The notes under the pieces: model-generated
The model's input: the letters and a program-made list of their open reading frames with translations, nothing else
What the model was told of the DNA's origin: nothing
Database searches by the model: none
Part shown: positions 51,118 through 61,563 of the stretch, piece after piece
How positions within the stretch are numbered: position 1 is the first letter of the stretch
Layout: every line of letters begins with the position of its first letter
Program-made: the position numbers and the translations under genes
DNA from: an uncultured cyanobacterium
Lineage (GTDB): Bacteria > Cyanobacteriota > Cyanobacteriia > Cyanobacteriales > Xenococcaceae
Assembly: GCA_963799375.1 (NCBI GenBank)
Contig: CAWCWY010000005.1
Location: forward strand, 21,041-85,040
Reading direction: 5' to 3'
Length of the DNA: 64,000 bases

Positions 51118-51804
51118 ATGCACAGTCTAAATAACAATAAATATGCGATCGCACTCCATACTAGTACACCACAACTGGGAATAGCTATTAATAATTGCGA
51201 GACAGTCCGTTGCGGGGGTTCCCCCCGTTATAGGAACTGTCGAGGGTATGATGGGGATAGTCGCACTCAGATATGGGACTTAGGCAGAGGCTTGGCATCG
51301 GGACTACATCAGTATTTACAAGAAATTCTCGCTCCTCAAACTTGGCAGGATATTGAATTTATGGCGGTAGCAAAAGGGCCAGGAGGCTTTACAGGGACTA
51401 GAGTTGGAGTAGTTACTGCTCGTACCGTGGCGCAACAGTTGAATATCCCTTTGTTTGGTATTTCCAATTTAGCAGCAGTAGCAGCAGCCAAAAACAACGG
51501 GGAGAATGATTTACTCGCTGTAGAAATGGATGCGAGGAGAGGACAAATATTTGTGGCTATTTATCGGTTTGATAATAAAGGATACTTACAAACCTATTTA
51601 GAAGATAGCTTGATGACTGGTGAAACTTGGCAACAAACTTTAAACGATCTCAAGTCTTCCTATCAATTGATTAAAGCAGAAGGCGACATTGCAATTACTG
51701 TAACTAACGTAATGGATTTGGCTTACGCTAGTTGGCAGCAGGGTAAATCCCCTCATTGGTCAGAAGTAGTGCCTTTTTATGGTCAACATCCAGTTGGCAA
51801 CTAA
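51118..51804 (+). CDS. tsaB: tRNA t6A biosynthesis protein TsaB with a 17-aa in-frame insertion
   Basis: ALHTSTPQLG, AVAKGPGGFTGTRVGV, MDARRG, PFYGQHPV. Confidence 0.9.
   Translation: MHSLNNNKYAIALHTSTPQLGIAINNCETVRCGGSPRYRNCRGYDGDSRTQIWDLGRGLASGLHQYLQEILAPQTWQDIEFMAVAKGPGGFTGTRVGVVTARTVAQQLNIPLFGISNLAAVAAAKNNGENDLLAVEMDARRGQIFVAIYRFDNKGYLQTYLEDSLMTGETWQQTLNDLKSSYQLIKAEGDIAITVTNVMDLAYASWQQGKSPHWSEVVPFYGQHPVGN
51196..51246 (-). mobile_element. 51-nt CCCTCGA...TGTCTCGCA element, in frame inside tsaB
   Basis: Reverse complement ccctcgacagttcctataacggggggaacccccgcaacggactgtctcgca matches the 21234 copy. Confidence 0.85.
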
Positions 51805-51954
51805 TTCTGTTTTTCTTTTGGATTATAAATTGTCCAAAGTGGAAGCATCTTATAAAAGTACCAAGTAATTATTAGGCGTGCAGAGAAAACAATAAGTAAA
51901 ATTCTTTTTTGCACAGAGAAGCTATTGTCGTTCAAGCTGATATTTATTTAAAAA

Positions 51955-54459
51955 ATGTATATAAAATTTGGTCGAGAAGTTTGCGGTAATTTGGATATAT
52001 CAGACAGTCGAGAATGGTTGGTGACTAATGGAATTGGTGGCTATGCCTCTGGTACGGTATCGGGATTATTGACTAGAAGCTATCACGGACTACTATTGGC
52101 TACACTTCAGCCACCTGTAAGTATAACTTTGATGTTAACCAAGCTCGATGAAACTATTACCTATAAAGACGTTACCTATCCTCTTCATACTAACCGTTGG
52201 GCAGATGGCGCGATCGCACCTGAAGGCTATAAACAGTTAGAAAGTTTTTATTTGGATGGTACAACCCCCGTCTGGGTTTATGCTTGCGCTGATGCCTGTT
52301 GAGTTACAACTCATTTATATGATGGAAAAAAAAGCTTACCTTTAGATATTGAATTATATCAACATGGCAATTCGTTGCCCTCTGGGAAAAAAATCAGAAT
52401 TCAAGAAAAAACCAACTTTAGCCTTAGAACTAATCGAGAAAAGTTTAAATCGAGGATATCGACCAGGAATAGTTTTAATAGATTCAGCCTATGGAAACAA
52501 CACCTCTTTTTTAAGGAAACTAGAAGAAAAGAACCTAAAGTATATAGGAGGCATTGCTAAAAATCGTAATTTGTTGTTTAAAACCTCGTCAGGGAGATTA
52601 GACACTATCAGAATAGATGAGTATGTCCAATGGATATCGGATGAAGAATTTCAGGAGATTCAAATACAGGGAACAAAACCAAGAACTGTGTGGGTAGCAA
52701 TCATCGAAGTAGAAATATCACGTCTTGAAGGTCAAAGAAAAATCGCAATCGTCATGAATGCGCCAGTCTTTGAAGAGGCAGAAGATATTGATTACTTATT
52801 AATTGAGAAGCGGATTTGGATGCAGCAGGGAGATAATACTACATATATTCAATACAAGATGCTGCGGGGTAGTAAGTCTTTAAGTCTCTCTCTCAAGGCT
52901 TTGGTTAATTATCGCGATCGCCATAGTACCACCGAAAGTACAAACCTCAATTATGAAATTACTAATCAAAAGCAGGGTATTAAAATAAAAGCATCTTCTG
53001 ATGCTGTCGATCTGTGTTTATCAGGATTTAAAAATCAAGAGATAATTGCTTGGGAAATTAACCATGAGTGGTATAAGAATTTTGCTTTGGCGATCGAAAA
53101 GTATCGAGGACTAAATCATATTGAAGATCATCTATATGCAGGAAACTGTAGGGTAAATCTTGAATTGGGAGAGTCGGTAACTATAGTTGCTAGTGCCGAA
53201 GATTGGGGAAGAGAGGGATCTCGAAGACTAGAGGACTGAGGGATAAAGAGTTAATCGATCTGTTTTATAAAGAAAGCAAATTTAAAACTGTCCCTAGCTG
53301 GATCGAACAGTTAGTATTAGCAGCAGATCGATTTATTGTAGATCGCCCTTTAGCAGATGTACCGCAGGGTAAAACAATTATTGCTGGTTATCCTTGGTTT
53401 AGCGACTGGGGTAGGGATACAATGATTAGTTTACCAGGATTGACTTTAACCACAGGGCGTTTTGATGTGGCGCGGGTAATTCTCCAAACCTTTGCTAAAT
53501 ATATCGACAAGGGAATGCTTCCCAATGTATTTCCCGATCGCGGGGAGACTCCAGAATATAATACTGTTGATGCTAGTCTATGGTATTTTGAAGCAATTAG
53601 AGACTATTTTGCTCATACTGGCGATAAACAGCTATTAATTGAGCTATATCCTGCTTTAGTCGAAATTATCGACTGGCATTGTCGAGGAACAAGATATAAT
53701 ATTCACCTCGATTCTGATGGTTTGATCTATGCAGGAGAAGCGGGAGTTCAATTAACCTGGATGGATGCAAAGGTGGGTGATTGGGTGGTTACTCCTCGTA
53801 TTGGTAAACCTGTAGAGATAAATGCCCTGTGGTATAACGCTTTGATTATTATGTCCCAGTTTGCTAGCTATTTAGATAAATCGGACAAAGAGTATTTAAA
53901 GCTGGCAGATAAAACTAGAAAAGGTTTTCAGCGTTTTTGGAATCAGGATTTAAAATATTGTTACGACGTATTAGATTCTCCTGATGGCGATGATAATTCT
54001 CTACGCCCCAATCAGATTTTTGCTGTATCTCTACCTGTATCTCATCCAGACAAGAAAATTGCACCCCTATTAAGCGATCGACAACAAAAACAAGTGGTGG
54101 ATATTGTAGCTGGACATTTATTAACTTCTCATGGATTGCGATCGCTCGATCCTAATCATCCTGATTATGTTGGCATTTACGGCGGAAATCGTCTCCAGCG
54201 CGACGGCGCATATCATCAAGGTACTGTTTGGGGTTGGTTAATCGGTCATTTTGTTCAAGCACACCTCAAAATATATCAAGATCGAGAAGTCTGTAGATCT
54301 TTTCTCAAACCAATGTCAAACCATCTCACAGGGGGCTGTGTGGGTAATTTAAGCGAAATTTTTGATGGTGATGCACCGTTTATTCCTAGAGGTGCATTTG
54401 CCCAAGCCTGGACGGTAGCAGAAGTTTTACGGGCATGGAATTTGGTAACTAGAAAGTAG
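51955..54459 (+). pseudogene. amylo-alpha-1,6-glucosidase (glycogen debranching enzyme), interrupted by an IS701 fragment plus a frameshift at ~53200-53240
   Basis: REWLVTNGIGGYASGT...YACADA | LIEKRIWM...; IIAGYPWFSDWGRDT, YNTVDA, LTWMDAK, YHQGTVW, AQAWTVAE. Confidence 0.85.
52297..52798 (+). mobile_element. 502-bp internal fragment of an IS701-family transposase
   Basis: VTTHLYDGKKSLPLDIELY, FKKKP.LALELI, VLIDSAYGNN, YIGGIAKNR, DIDY; no element ends recognisable. Confidence 0.8.
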
Positions 54460-54524
54460 AGACGTAAGCTTTATACGAAGCACCCCATCCCATAGTAAAA
54501 ACTCTAAAGTATGTGGCAGTCGTG

Positions 54525-54687
54525 GTGGGAGAAAAAAGAAATGCTAGGCTTAAATTAATTAAATTATGCGATCGCAAATTTGGAGTAATGACACACATTA
54601 ATATTGAACGTTTAGATAAAGATTTGAACTAAAGACTTTCAACGATTTAGCGAGGTTATTGCAGTACATCCAGAAGATGTAATCTAA
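54525..54687 (+). pseudogene. probable remnant of a PIN-domain toxin C-terminus
   Basis: Broken frames give VMTHINIERL and TKDFQRFSEVIAVHPEDVI*. Confidence 0.4.
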
Positions 54688-54723
54688 ACATTAGCGATCG
54701 CTCTTATATAAAATGAATACTCA

Positions 54724-56022
54724 ATGATAAATGATAAATGCTATTGGTTACGCAATGCTCATATTCCCAGCTGTCTGATAGATATAGATAATGTTCGAGA
54801 AACTAAGGAAGGTTTATGTTTAGTCGATCTTAAAATAAATCAGGGAAAGATCGAACAAGTTGTAGCTGCAAAAGAATTAGAAACAGAAGAAAATGTATCT
54901 AGTTTAGATTTAGCCAAAAAGATAGTCTTACCCTGTCTAATTGATGTTCATACCCATTTAGACAAAGGACATATTTGGGAAAGATCCCCCAATACCAATG
55001 GTACTTTTGATATGGCATTGAGTAAAGCGATCGCCGATAGCGAACAGCATTGGCAACCAGAAGATGTTTATCGTCGGATGGAATTTGGCTTAAAGTGCAG
55101 CTATGCTCATGGTACACAGGCAATTCGTACCCATATCGATTCTTTTGGCAAGCAAGCAGATATTAGCTTAAAAGTATTCCAAAGTTTGCAGTCAGCTTGG
55201 CAAGATAAAATCACATTACAAGCAGTCAGTTTAGTTAGCTTAGATTACTATCAAACTCCCCCAGGAATAGAGTTAGCGGATAAGATTGCCAGCATTGGAG
55301 GAGTATTAGGAGGAGTCGGGTGGCAAAATCCCGATTTGGATGCGCAACTGGACACTATATTTAAGCTAGCCCAAGAAAGAGACTTAGATTTGGACTTTCA
55401 TGCCGATGAAAACGGCGATCCTAATTCCATATGTCTGCAAAGAATTGCTCAGGCTGCTTTACGCCACGACTTCAAAGGTAAAATAACCTGCGGACATTGC
55501 TGTAGTTTGGCAGTACAGTCTCCTGAAGTAGTGCAGGAAACTATTGAATTAATTAAACAGACAAATATCGCCATTGTCAGCTTACCAATGTGCAACCTCT
55601 ACCTACAAGATCGTCAGATAGCAACTACTCCCCATTGGCGAGGCGTTACCAGAGTCCAAGAATTGCATCAGCATAATATTCCCGTAGCCTTTGCTAGCGA
55701 TAACTGTCGCGATCCCTTTTTCGGCTTTGGCGATCACGATATGTTGGAAGTACTCGAACAGTCAGTTAGAATTGCTCACCTGGATACCCCTTACGCTAAC
55801 TGGATTGAAAGTGTTACTACAACCCCTGCTAATATTATGGGTTTAAACGATGTTGGCAAAATAACTCCAGGCAATTCAGCAGATCTTATTATCTTTACTG
55901 CTCGTTACTTTAGCGAATTACTATCGCGATCGCAACACGATAGAGTTGTTATTCGTCAGGGTAAGGAAATTGATGCTAAATTGCCTGATTATAGTGAGTT
56001 AGATGATTTGGTGATTAATTAA
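54724..56022 (+). CDS. codA: cytosine deaminase (amidohydrolase)
   Basis: DVHTHLDKGH, AIRTHID, DFHADE, CGHCCSL, ASDNCRDPF. Confidence 0.88.
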   Translation: MINDKCYWLRNAHIPSCLIDIDNVRETKEGLCLVDLKINQGKIEQVVAAKELETEENVSSLDLAKKIVLPCLIDVHTHLDKGHIWERSPNTNGTFDMALSKAIADSEQHWQPEDVYRRMEFGLKCSYAHGTQAIRTHIDSFGKQADISLKVFQSLQSAWQDKITLQAVSLVSLDYYQTPPGIELADKIASIGGVLGGVGWQNPDLDAQLDTIFKLAQERDLDLDFHADENGDPNSICLQRIAQAALRHDFKGKITCGHCCSLAVQSPEVVQETIELIKQTNIAIVSLPMCNLYLQDRQIATTPHWRGVTRVQELHQHNIPVAFASDNCRDPFFGFGDHDMLEVLEQSVRIAHLDTPYANWIESVTTTPANIMGLNDVGKITPGNSADLIIFTARYFSELLSRSQHDRVVIRQGKEIDAKLPDYSELDDLVIN

Positions 56023-56097
56023 TATCAGCCCTCTTTACCCCCAAACTTTGGGGAACAAGCGATGTCCTTCCTACACCATAATTTTAAATCCGCCAAT

Positions 56098-56443
56098 TTA
56101 GTGGATACTTTCAAGATATTGTTCAAGAGCTTCGTTAACTAACTCTATTTAAATTGATTCCCTTTTGTTTTGCTGCGATCGCAACTCTTCGATGAAGATC
56201 GCTTCGGGTTCGGATATTGAAACTGCCTCTTAAAGGGCTGCTTCGGGTTCAATATTCTGAGTTGCGAGCAAGCTCTAAATAGTCTTCTACTGCTTCATGA
56301 AAACTTTTTTGCAAAGATTCTACATCATGACCTTCATAGCTTATGAGACTGCGAATGTACTTTACTTGACCGTAGAAAATCTTGTCTTCGTCATTATAAT
56401 TGACCGAGCCTAAATAGCCTTTGTATTCCATTAAGTTCTTCAT
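56098..56443 (-). pseudogene. hicB: HicB antitoxin, frameshifted
   Basis: MEYKGYLGSV.Y..ED.IFYG...SYEG...FHEAVEDYL, then GSFNIRT.SDLHRRVAIAAKQKGINLN and VNEALEQYL in other frames. Confidence 0.8.
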
Positions 56444-56600
56444 ATCAATTCTTCTCCTGGTAAAATCTCAATTATTTGCTCTATTTGATATCTTTTTAAA
56501 ATATTGCCAGGATGGGGTTTATAAAGAGTAATAACGACATTATTAGAATCAATAAATCTTCTCCTCGAACCACCCGTTTTACCTTTCTTCACCGTCTGTA
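56440..56600 (-). pseudogene. hicA: HicA toxin remnant (5' part missing)
   Basis: KKGKTGGSRRRFIDSNNVVITLYKPHPGNILKRYQIEQIIEIL; stop overlaps the hicB ATG. Confidence 0.7.
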
Positions 56601-56730
56601 AATCCCAATCCAAACTATCTATAAAGTTTCTTGAATGCTAGCTCTTACTTCGGCGATCGCTTTCATTAATAAAAGAGGATCGCTTTTTGATTTAACAAAA
56701 CTAAAAGACAGATAGAAATCACTGATGCGA

Positions 56731-57654
56731 TTAATTGTCTATTATTAATTGCTCACTGCCTTTCCATAACTCCTTTGCTTTATTGCGATCGTAAGACTCT
56801 TGAGAAGAATCAATCATTTCAAAACCGCTAAAATACTTTCCTGTCACATTTTCCAAATCTTTGTCCAGCACTAATCTAGCTAAAGCCTTACCCGCATTTT
56901 CCATCGTGTTGACATTAGGCACAAACCGACAAAGAATTGGCAAAATATTATTCCAGACAAACTTAGCTGTGGGAGTGTAATCATCTGCAAGTCCACTACC
57001 TGGCATCAATCCAGGATTAAAAACATTAACCGTAATAGGTTTTTCTGTAGCTTCCATTCGGCGGGATAACTCATAGGCGCAAAGAACATTACAAAGCTTT
57101 GAGGTAGTATAAGCAATACGTCCAATCTCACCAATGCTTTTGCCTTTCAATGCAGGATCTTGTTCGGGATGCGCCATCAATTGTGGATCGCGGAAATAGG
57201 GTGCTGGCATTCCTGTCGTTTTGCTAGAGTCGTGGGTGTCACTGCTAACAAAAACAATTCTGGCTGGTGTTGCCAATTCTTTCAAAAGTAAATTGGTTAA
57301 TAGGAAATGCCCCAGATGGTTGACCCCAAATGTCATATCAAAACCGTCTTTGGTATAGGTTTGTCTTTGGATAAACTGTACCCCTGCATTACAGACAAGA
57401 GCATTTAGGGGAGGGCGATCGCCTTGCTTAAATTCTGCTACAAAAGAACGAACAGAATCAAGACTGGCTAAATCTAGCTGCATTACTTCTATTTGGTTGG
57501 GTTTAGCCGACTTTTGTAATTCTTGTACTGCTTTATGACCTTTTTCAAGATTGCGACAGGCAAGAATTATTTGCCATTGGGAATCTTGAACAATTTGTTG
57601 AGCGCAATGATAACCTAGTCCGCTATTTCCCCCTGTAATTATTACTGTTTTCAT
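56731..57654 (-). CDS. SDR oxidoreductase (POR/retinol-dehydrogenase-like)
   Basis: TGGNSGLG, LDLASL, CNAG, FGVNHLGHFLL, YTTSK. Confidence 0.85.
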   Translation of the reverse strand: MKTVIITGGNSGLGYHCAQQIVQDSQWQIILACRNLEKGHKAVQELQKSAKPNQIEVMQLDLASLDSVRSFVAEFKQGDRPPLNALVCNAGVQFIQRQTYTKDGFDMTFGVNHLGHFLLTNLLLKELATPARIVFVSSDTHDSSKTTGMPAPYFRDPQLMAHPEQDPALKGKSIGEIGRIAYTTSKLCNVLCAYELSRRMEATEKPITVNVFNPGLMPGSGLADDYTPTAKFVWNNILPILCRFVPNVNTMENAGKALARLVLDKDLENVTGKYFSGFEMIDSSQESYDRNKAKELWKGSEQLIIDN

Positions 57655-57826
57655 AATCTTTTATTAATCATTTATTTTATTGAGGTTTTTAATAGAAAAA
57701 GCGATTTTAATCGGTCAACGGTCGCAATTTAAACTAAGATTACACATAACAATAAAATACACACTCTTTTGCTTATTTAATATAGAATGACAAAGCTCAA
57801 TACCCATTCATTTTAAGTATTTTCCG

Positions 57827-58438
57827 ATGGATGCCAGACAATATGCTCCTGCAACTCAACGTAACAGAGAATTAATTCTAGAGGTATTAAGCAAAAATTT
57901 AGCACCAGATAGTAATATTTTAGAGATTGCTAGCGGTACGGGGGAACACGCTGTTTTTTTTGCGTCTCATTTCAAGTCGTGGCATTGGATTCCTAGTGAT
58001 ATTAATCCCACAGCAAGAGAAAGCATTGTTGCCTGGAAAAATGAAAGTAATCTCAATAATTTAGCCTTACCTTTAGCTGTTGATGTAACTCAAGATAATT
58101 GGATTGACCGAGTTGCAAAAAAGAAAATTGATGTAATAGTTAATATCAATATGATTCATATTTCTCCTTGGTCAGCCTGTGAGGGTTTGATGAAGGGTGC
58201 GGGAGAAGTTTTATCTTCTGGAGGGATGCTTTATTTATATGGTCCATTTAAACGCAATGGAGAACATACTGCTAGTAGTAATGCAAAATTTGACCTTTCT
58301 TTGCGCGATCGCAATCCAACCTGGGGAGTCAGGGATTTAGAGATGGTAGTTGAAATCGCAGCCAATGTTGGTTTAAAACTACAGCAGGCGATCAAAATGC
58401 CAGCAAATAATTTATCAGTTATTTTTATTAAATCCTAG
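57827..58438 (+). CDS. DUF938 SAM-dependent methyltransferase
   Basis: APATQRN, LEIASGTGEH, INMIHISPW, LYGPF, WGVRD, MPANN. Confidence 0.9.
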   Translation: MDARQYAPATQRNRELILEVLSKNLAPDSNILEIASGTGEHAVFFASHFKSWHWIPSDINPTARESIVAWKNESNLNNLALPLAVDVTQDNWIDRVAKKKIDVIVNINMIHISPWSACEGLMKGAGEVLSSGGMLYLYGPFKRNGEHTASSNAKFDLSLRDRNPTWGVRDLEMVVEIAANVGLKLQQAIKMPANNLSVIFIKS

Positions 58439-58447
58439 CCTAATTTT

Positions 58448-59212
58448 ATGACGATCAGAATTCTTCTGGCAGACGATCAATATCTTGTACAGGAAGGGAT
58501 TAAGTCGGTCTTGAAAGACGAAACAAAAATAGAAATAGTTGGTACTGCTAAAAATGGAGTTCAAGCGATCGCTTTAGCTAAAAAACTTCAGCCTAATATT
58601 ATTTTATTGGATATTGAAATGCCTAAAATTAATGGTATTGAAGTAGCAAAATATATTGACGAACTACTCCCTAGCACTAAAATAATTATGCTTTCTAGTC
58701 ATAATAATCAAAAATATATTGCTCAGTCTTTGCAAGCAGGAGCATCTAGTTACTTATTAAAAGAAAGTTTTGTCGAAGACTTAAAACAGGCAATTTATTC
58801 CTTGAGTCGAGGCTATTCTTATATTGAATCTAAGTTATTGAATCAAGCGATTGATAAAATTGAAGCTAATAATATTGTTGACTCCCGAAATAAAACAGCT
58901 AATATTAAAAAATATCGTAAATGTATCTATATTCCTGCCAAAGCATCTTTAGACGATCGACATTCTGCAACAGAAACATTCGCCAAACCGAACCTAAGCA
59001 AGGGTATTGATAAAGCTAGTCTCGCACCAATATTCGATTTATCATTTTTCGATGAAATAGAAACGGCTGATGACCTTACTGCTAGTTTGCAAAAGATATC
59101 TGCGTACAAAACTAACCATAAAAATACCGCTCGGCGATCGCTATACGGTAAAAAGCTTGCTATATGGATTTTTGCGATCGCTAGTTTTATCTTATCTATA
59201 ATTATTTTTTGA
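58448..59212 (+). CDS. NarL-type receiver domain protein with hydrophobic C-terminus and no HTH
   Basis: LADDQ, LLDIEMP, MLSSH, YLLK; tail LAIWIFAIASFILSIIIF. Confidence 0.75.
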   Translation: MTIRILLADDQYLVQEGIKSVLKDETKIEIVGTAKNGVQAIALAKKLQPNIILLDIEMPKINGIEVAKYIDELLPSTKIIMLSSHNNQKYIAQSLQAGASSYLLKESFVEDLKQAIYSLSRGYSYIESKLLNQAIDKIEANNIVDSRNKTANIKKYRKCIYIPAKASLDDRHSATETFAKPNLSKGIDKASLAPIFDLSFFDEIETADDLTASLQKISAYKTNHKNTARRSLYGKKLAIWIFAIASFILSIIIF

Positions 59213-59220
59213 TTTACCTA

Positions 59221-60630
59221 TTAAAACTCAGTTAATTTAGAAGCAAGAGCGATCGCATAAACTAAAAAACTAGCTAGCATTCCTGGTAACACTTCATAAA
59301 TTGAACCAGAAAGCCCTAGCACTCCATTCCAAACAGCAGCAGTGGCAACCCCAACTATCATCATTACTACCCCTGTTATTGAACCTATAGGTAATTTCTT
59401 AACTCGCAAAATCAAAATTGGTGCTAATCCAGAAGCCAATGCTGACCAGGCAAATACCCCCAATGCAAACATATTTTTATTGCTGGCTAAAGCGATCGCT
59501 AGTACAATAGTAGTGACGATTAAAGTTCCTATTTTAACTAACCTATAAGAACGACCCATCTTAGGAAACAAATCTTGAGTCAATGCAGCCGAACAGGCTA
59601 ATATTTGTGAGTCGGCAGTAGAAATTACGGCAGAAAAGATTCCCGCCAAAATTACCCCAACAAGAATTGCAGGTAACAACTGCACCGCCATTTGGGGTAA
59701 AGCTAATTCAGGATCGCCATTAGTTATTAAATTCGGCAACAATACCCTCCCACTCAAGCCAGCAATTACTGCTGCGGTGGAGAAGATAACGTAAGAAATA
59801 GCATATATATTGCGAGTAATTCCCATATTTGATGCTTTATCTATTACCATCGCCCGCACCATAATGTGAGGCTGTCCCACTACACCCAAACCCGCAACCA
59901 ACCAACTAAGCATAAATAAACCAAAGCCAAACTTCAAACCTTGAGGAATAGGATCGATTAGGCTAGAATCTATGCTTCCTAGCTGTTGCCAAAGCCCATT
60001 AATGCCACCACAGGCAGTTACAGCAACAACTACTAAGACAATCATTGCCACCATCATTAAAATTGACTGAATTGCATCTGTCCAAATAGATGCCCTGATC
60101 CCCCCTGAAAAGCAATAGGAAACGACGATTATTGCCCCTAATACAATTCCCAAACTATAATCCCAGCCAAACATTGCATGAAGGGCTTTACTACCCGCTA
60201 ATAGTTGCGCTGCTGCATAAGCACCTAAAAAAGCAATGGTAATAATTGCCGATACTCGAGCAATTCCTCGGTTCTTTTTGTCTTTAGCTATAAACTCACC
60301 GATAGTTTCGCATGACTGTTCTTCCGATATTTCGCGCAATGGTTGATGGACAAAAAACCAAGCTAGATAATCCCCCAAAAACCAACCCACCAAAAGCCAG
60401 ACAGAAGATATGCCCACCTGATACGTCCAGCCAATCGTACTAATAAACATCCCGCCACTATGGGCGGTGGCAAATGCAGATAAACCAGTCAACCAGGGAT
60501 TTACATCACGGTTAGCCAGTAAATAATCGGTGGTAGTATTTTTTTGACGAGATGATGAATAAATACCAACTCCCACAAACAATAAAAGAAAAGCAATAAA
60601 GCTTAAAGCGATCGCAATTTTAGCGGACAT
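59221..60630 (-). CDS. putP: sodium:solute (proline) symporter
   Basis: DYLLANR, GLSAFAT, GGIRASIWTD, GQPHIMVR, STADSQ. Confidence 0.8.
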   Translation of the reverse strand: MSAKIAIALSFIAFLLLFVGVGIYSSSRQKNTTTDYLLANRDVNPWLTGLSAFATAHSGGMFISTIGWTYQVGISSVWLLVGWFLGDYLAWFFVHQPLREISEEQSCETIGEFIAKDKKNRGIARVSAIITIAFLGAYAAAQLLAGSKALHAMFGWDYSLGIVLGAIIVVSYCFSGGIRASIWTDAIQSILMMVAMIVLVVVAVTACGGINGLWQQLGSIDSSLIDPIPQGLKFGFGLFMLSWLVAGLGVVGQPHIMVRAMVIDKASNMGITRNIYAISYVIFSTAAVIAGLSGRVLLPNLITNGDPELALPQMAVQLLPAILVGVILAGIFSAVISTADSQILACSAALTQDLFPKMGRSYRLVKIGTLIVTTIVLAIALASNKNMFALGVFAWSALASGLAPILILRVKKLPIGSITGVVMMIVGVATAAVWNGVLGLSGSIYEVLPGMLASFLVYAIALASKLTEF

Positions 60631-60662
60631 ACTTTATCAATTAATAATGAATTAGATAAAGA

Positions 60663-61235
60663 CTACCAAACAGGTTGAAGATCGAGAACAAATCCAGGTA
60701 ATATACTTTCCCCTGATAGACTATTGGGCGCGTTTAAGATTTCAACCTTTTTTCCTTTACGGTAAATTTCTACTTGCTTTTGATGGCGATTAATTAACCA
60801 GCCTAGTAGCATTCCATTGTCAAGGTATTCTTGCATCTTTTCTTGAGTTTTAATCAGTTTATCGCTAGGAGAGAGTAATTCAATTGCAAAGTCGGGACAC
60901 AAAGGAAGAAATTTTTCTTTTTCCCCGTCAGTTACTCCATTCCATTTAGCTATTGATATCCAGGAAGCATCAGGAGATCTGTTTGCATTGTTGGGAAGTT
61001 TAAAACCTGTTGAAGAATCAAAAGCTATCCCAGATTTATTGTGCCGACTCCAAGCTTGAAGTTGATAAGCGATTTCAATATTTCTATTTCCTGTTTCTCC
61101 GCCAGTTGGAGGCATAATTAATAAATCTCCATTCGCACTCATTTCAAACCGCAAGTCACGATTGTTGATGCACAGTTGATAAAACTGCTCATCTGTTAAC
61201 TTAATGGATTGTAAATCGAGAATAAGAGTATCCAT
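60663..61235 (-). CDS. Uma2-family endonuclease
   Basis: Start MDTLIL at 61235; MPPTGGETG, FDSSTGF, SPDASW, PDFAIELLSPSD, KMQEY. Confidence 0.9.
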   Translation of the reverse strand: MDTLILDLQSIKLTDEQFYQLCINNRDLRFEMSANGDLLIMPPTGGETGNRNIEIAYQLQAWSRHNKSGIAFDSSTGFKLPNNANRSPDASWISIAKWNGVTDGEKEKFLPLCPDFAIELLSPSDKLIKTQEKMQEYLDNGMLLGWLINRHQKQVEIYRKGKKVEILNAPNSLSGESILPGFVLDLQPVW

Positions 61236-61314
61236 TTTTTCATCGTGTAATATATCAGGTTTTGCAGGGGTTTGATCGCAATTGTAATCTTGTGAACGTT
61301 CTAAGGATTGTTCG

Positions 61315-61563
61315 TCATAATGCGATCGCCATTTTAGCGAAAGTAAGGTGAACATTTGGCAAACCAAACAATTTGCTCAAAGCCTGATCGATTTCTTGGG
61401 TTGAAAATTTATAAGCGAAGCGCAATACCCATTCAATTTCTAAAATTACTGTATCACTAATAAATATGTCTCTTTCTTGAAATAGCTTAAAACTACTTTG
61501 AAATTGTGACTTATCATCTTTGGTTAACAGTCTGACAACAACATTAGTATCAACTGAAATCAT
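61315..61563 (-). pseudogene. vapC: VapC PIN toxin, C-terminally truncated at a HIP1 site
   Basis: DTNVVVR, VILEIEWVL; only 82 aa, the downstream acidic PIN motifs are absent. Confidence 0.7.

Noticed and set aside
52349-53239. 296-aa ORF as a novel transposase-glucosidase fusion protein
   Set aside because: By-product of the IS fragment landing in frame with the interrupted gene; lacks both proteins' N-termini.
56731-57654. Light-dependent protochlorophyllide reductase (por)
   Set aside because: Has YTTSK rather than the POR AYKDSK motif and lacks the YPGC motif; generic SDR.
61236-61367. N-terminal extension of the Uma2 ORF in the track
   Set aside because: Overlaps the vapC remnant; the family-typical start is the ATG at 61235.
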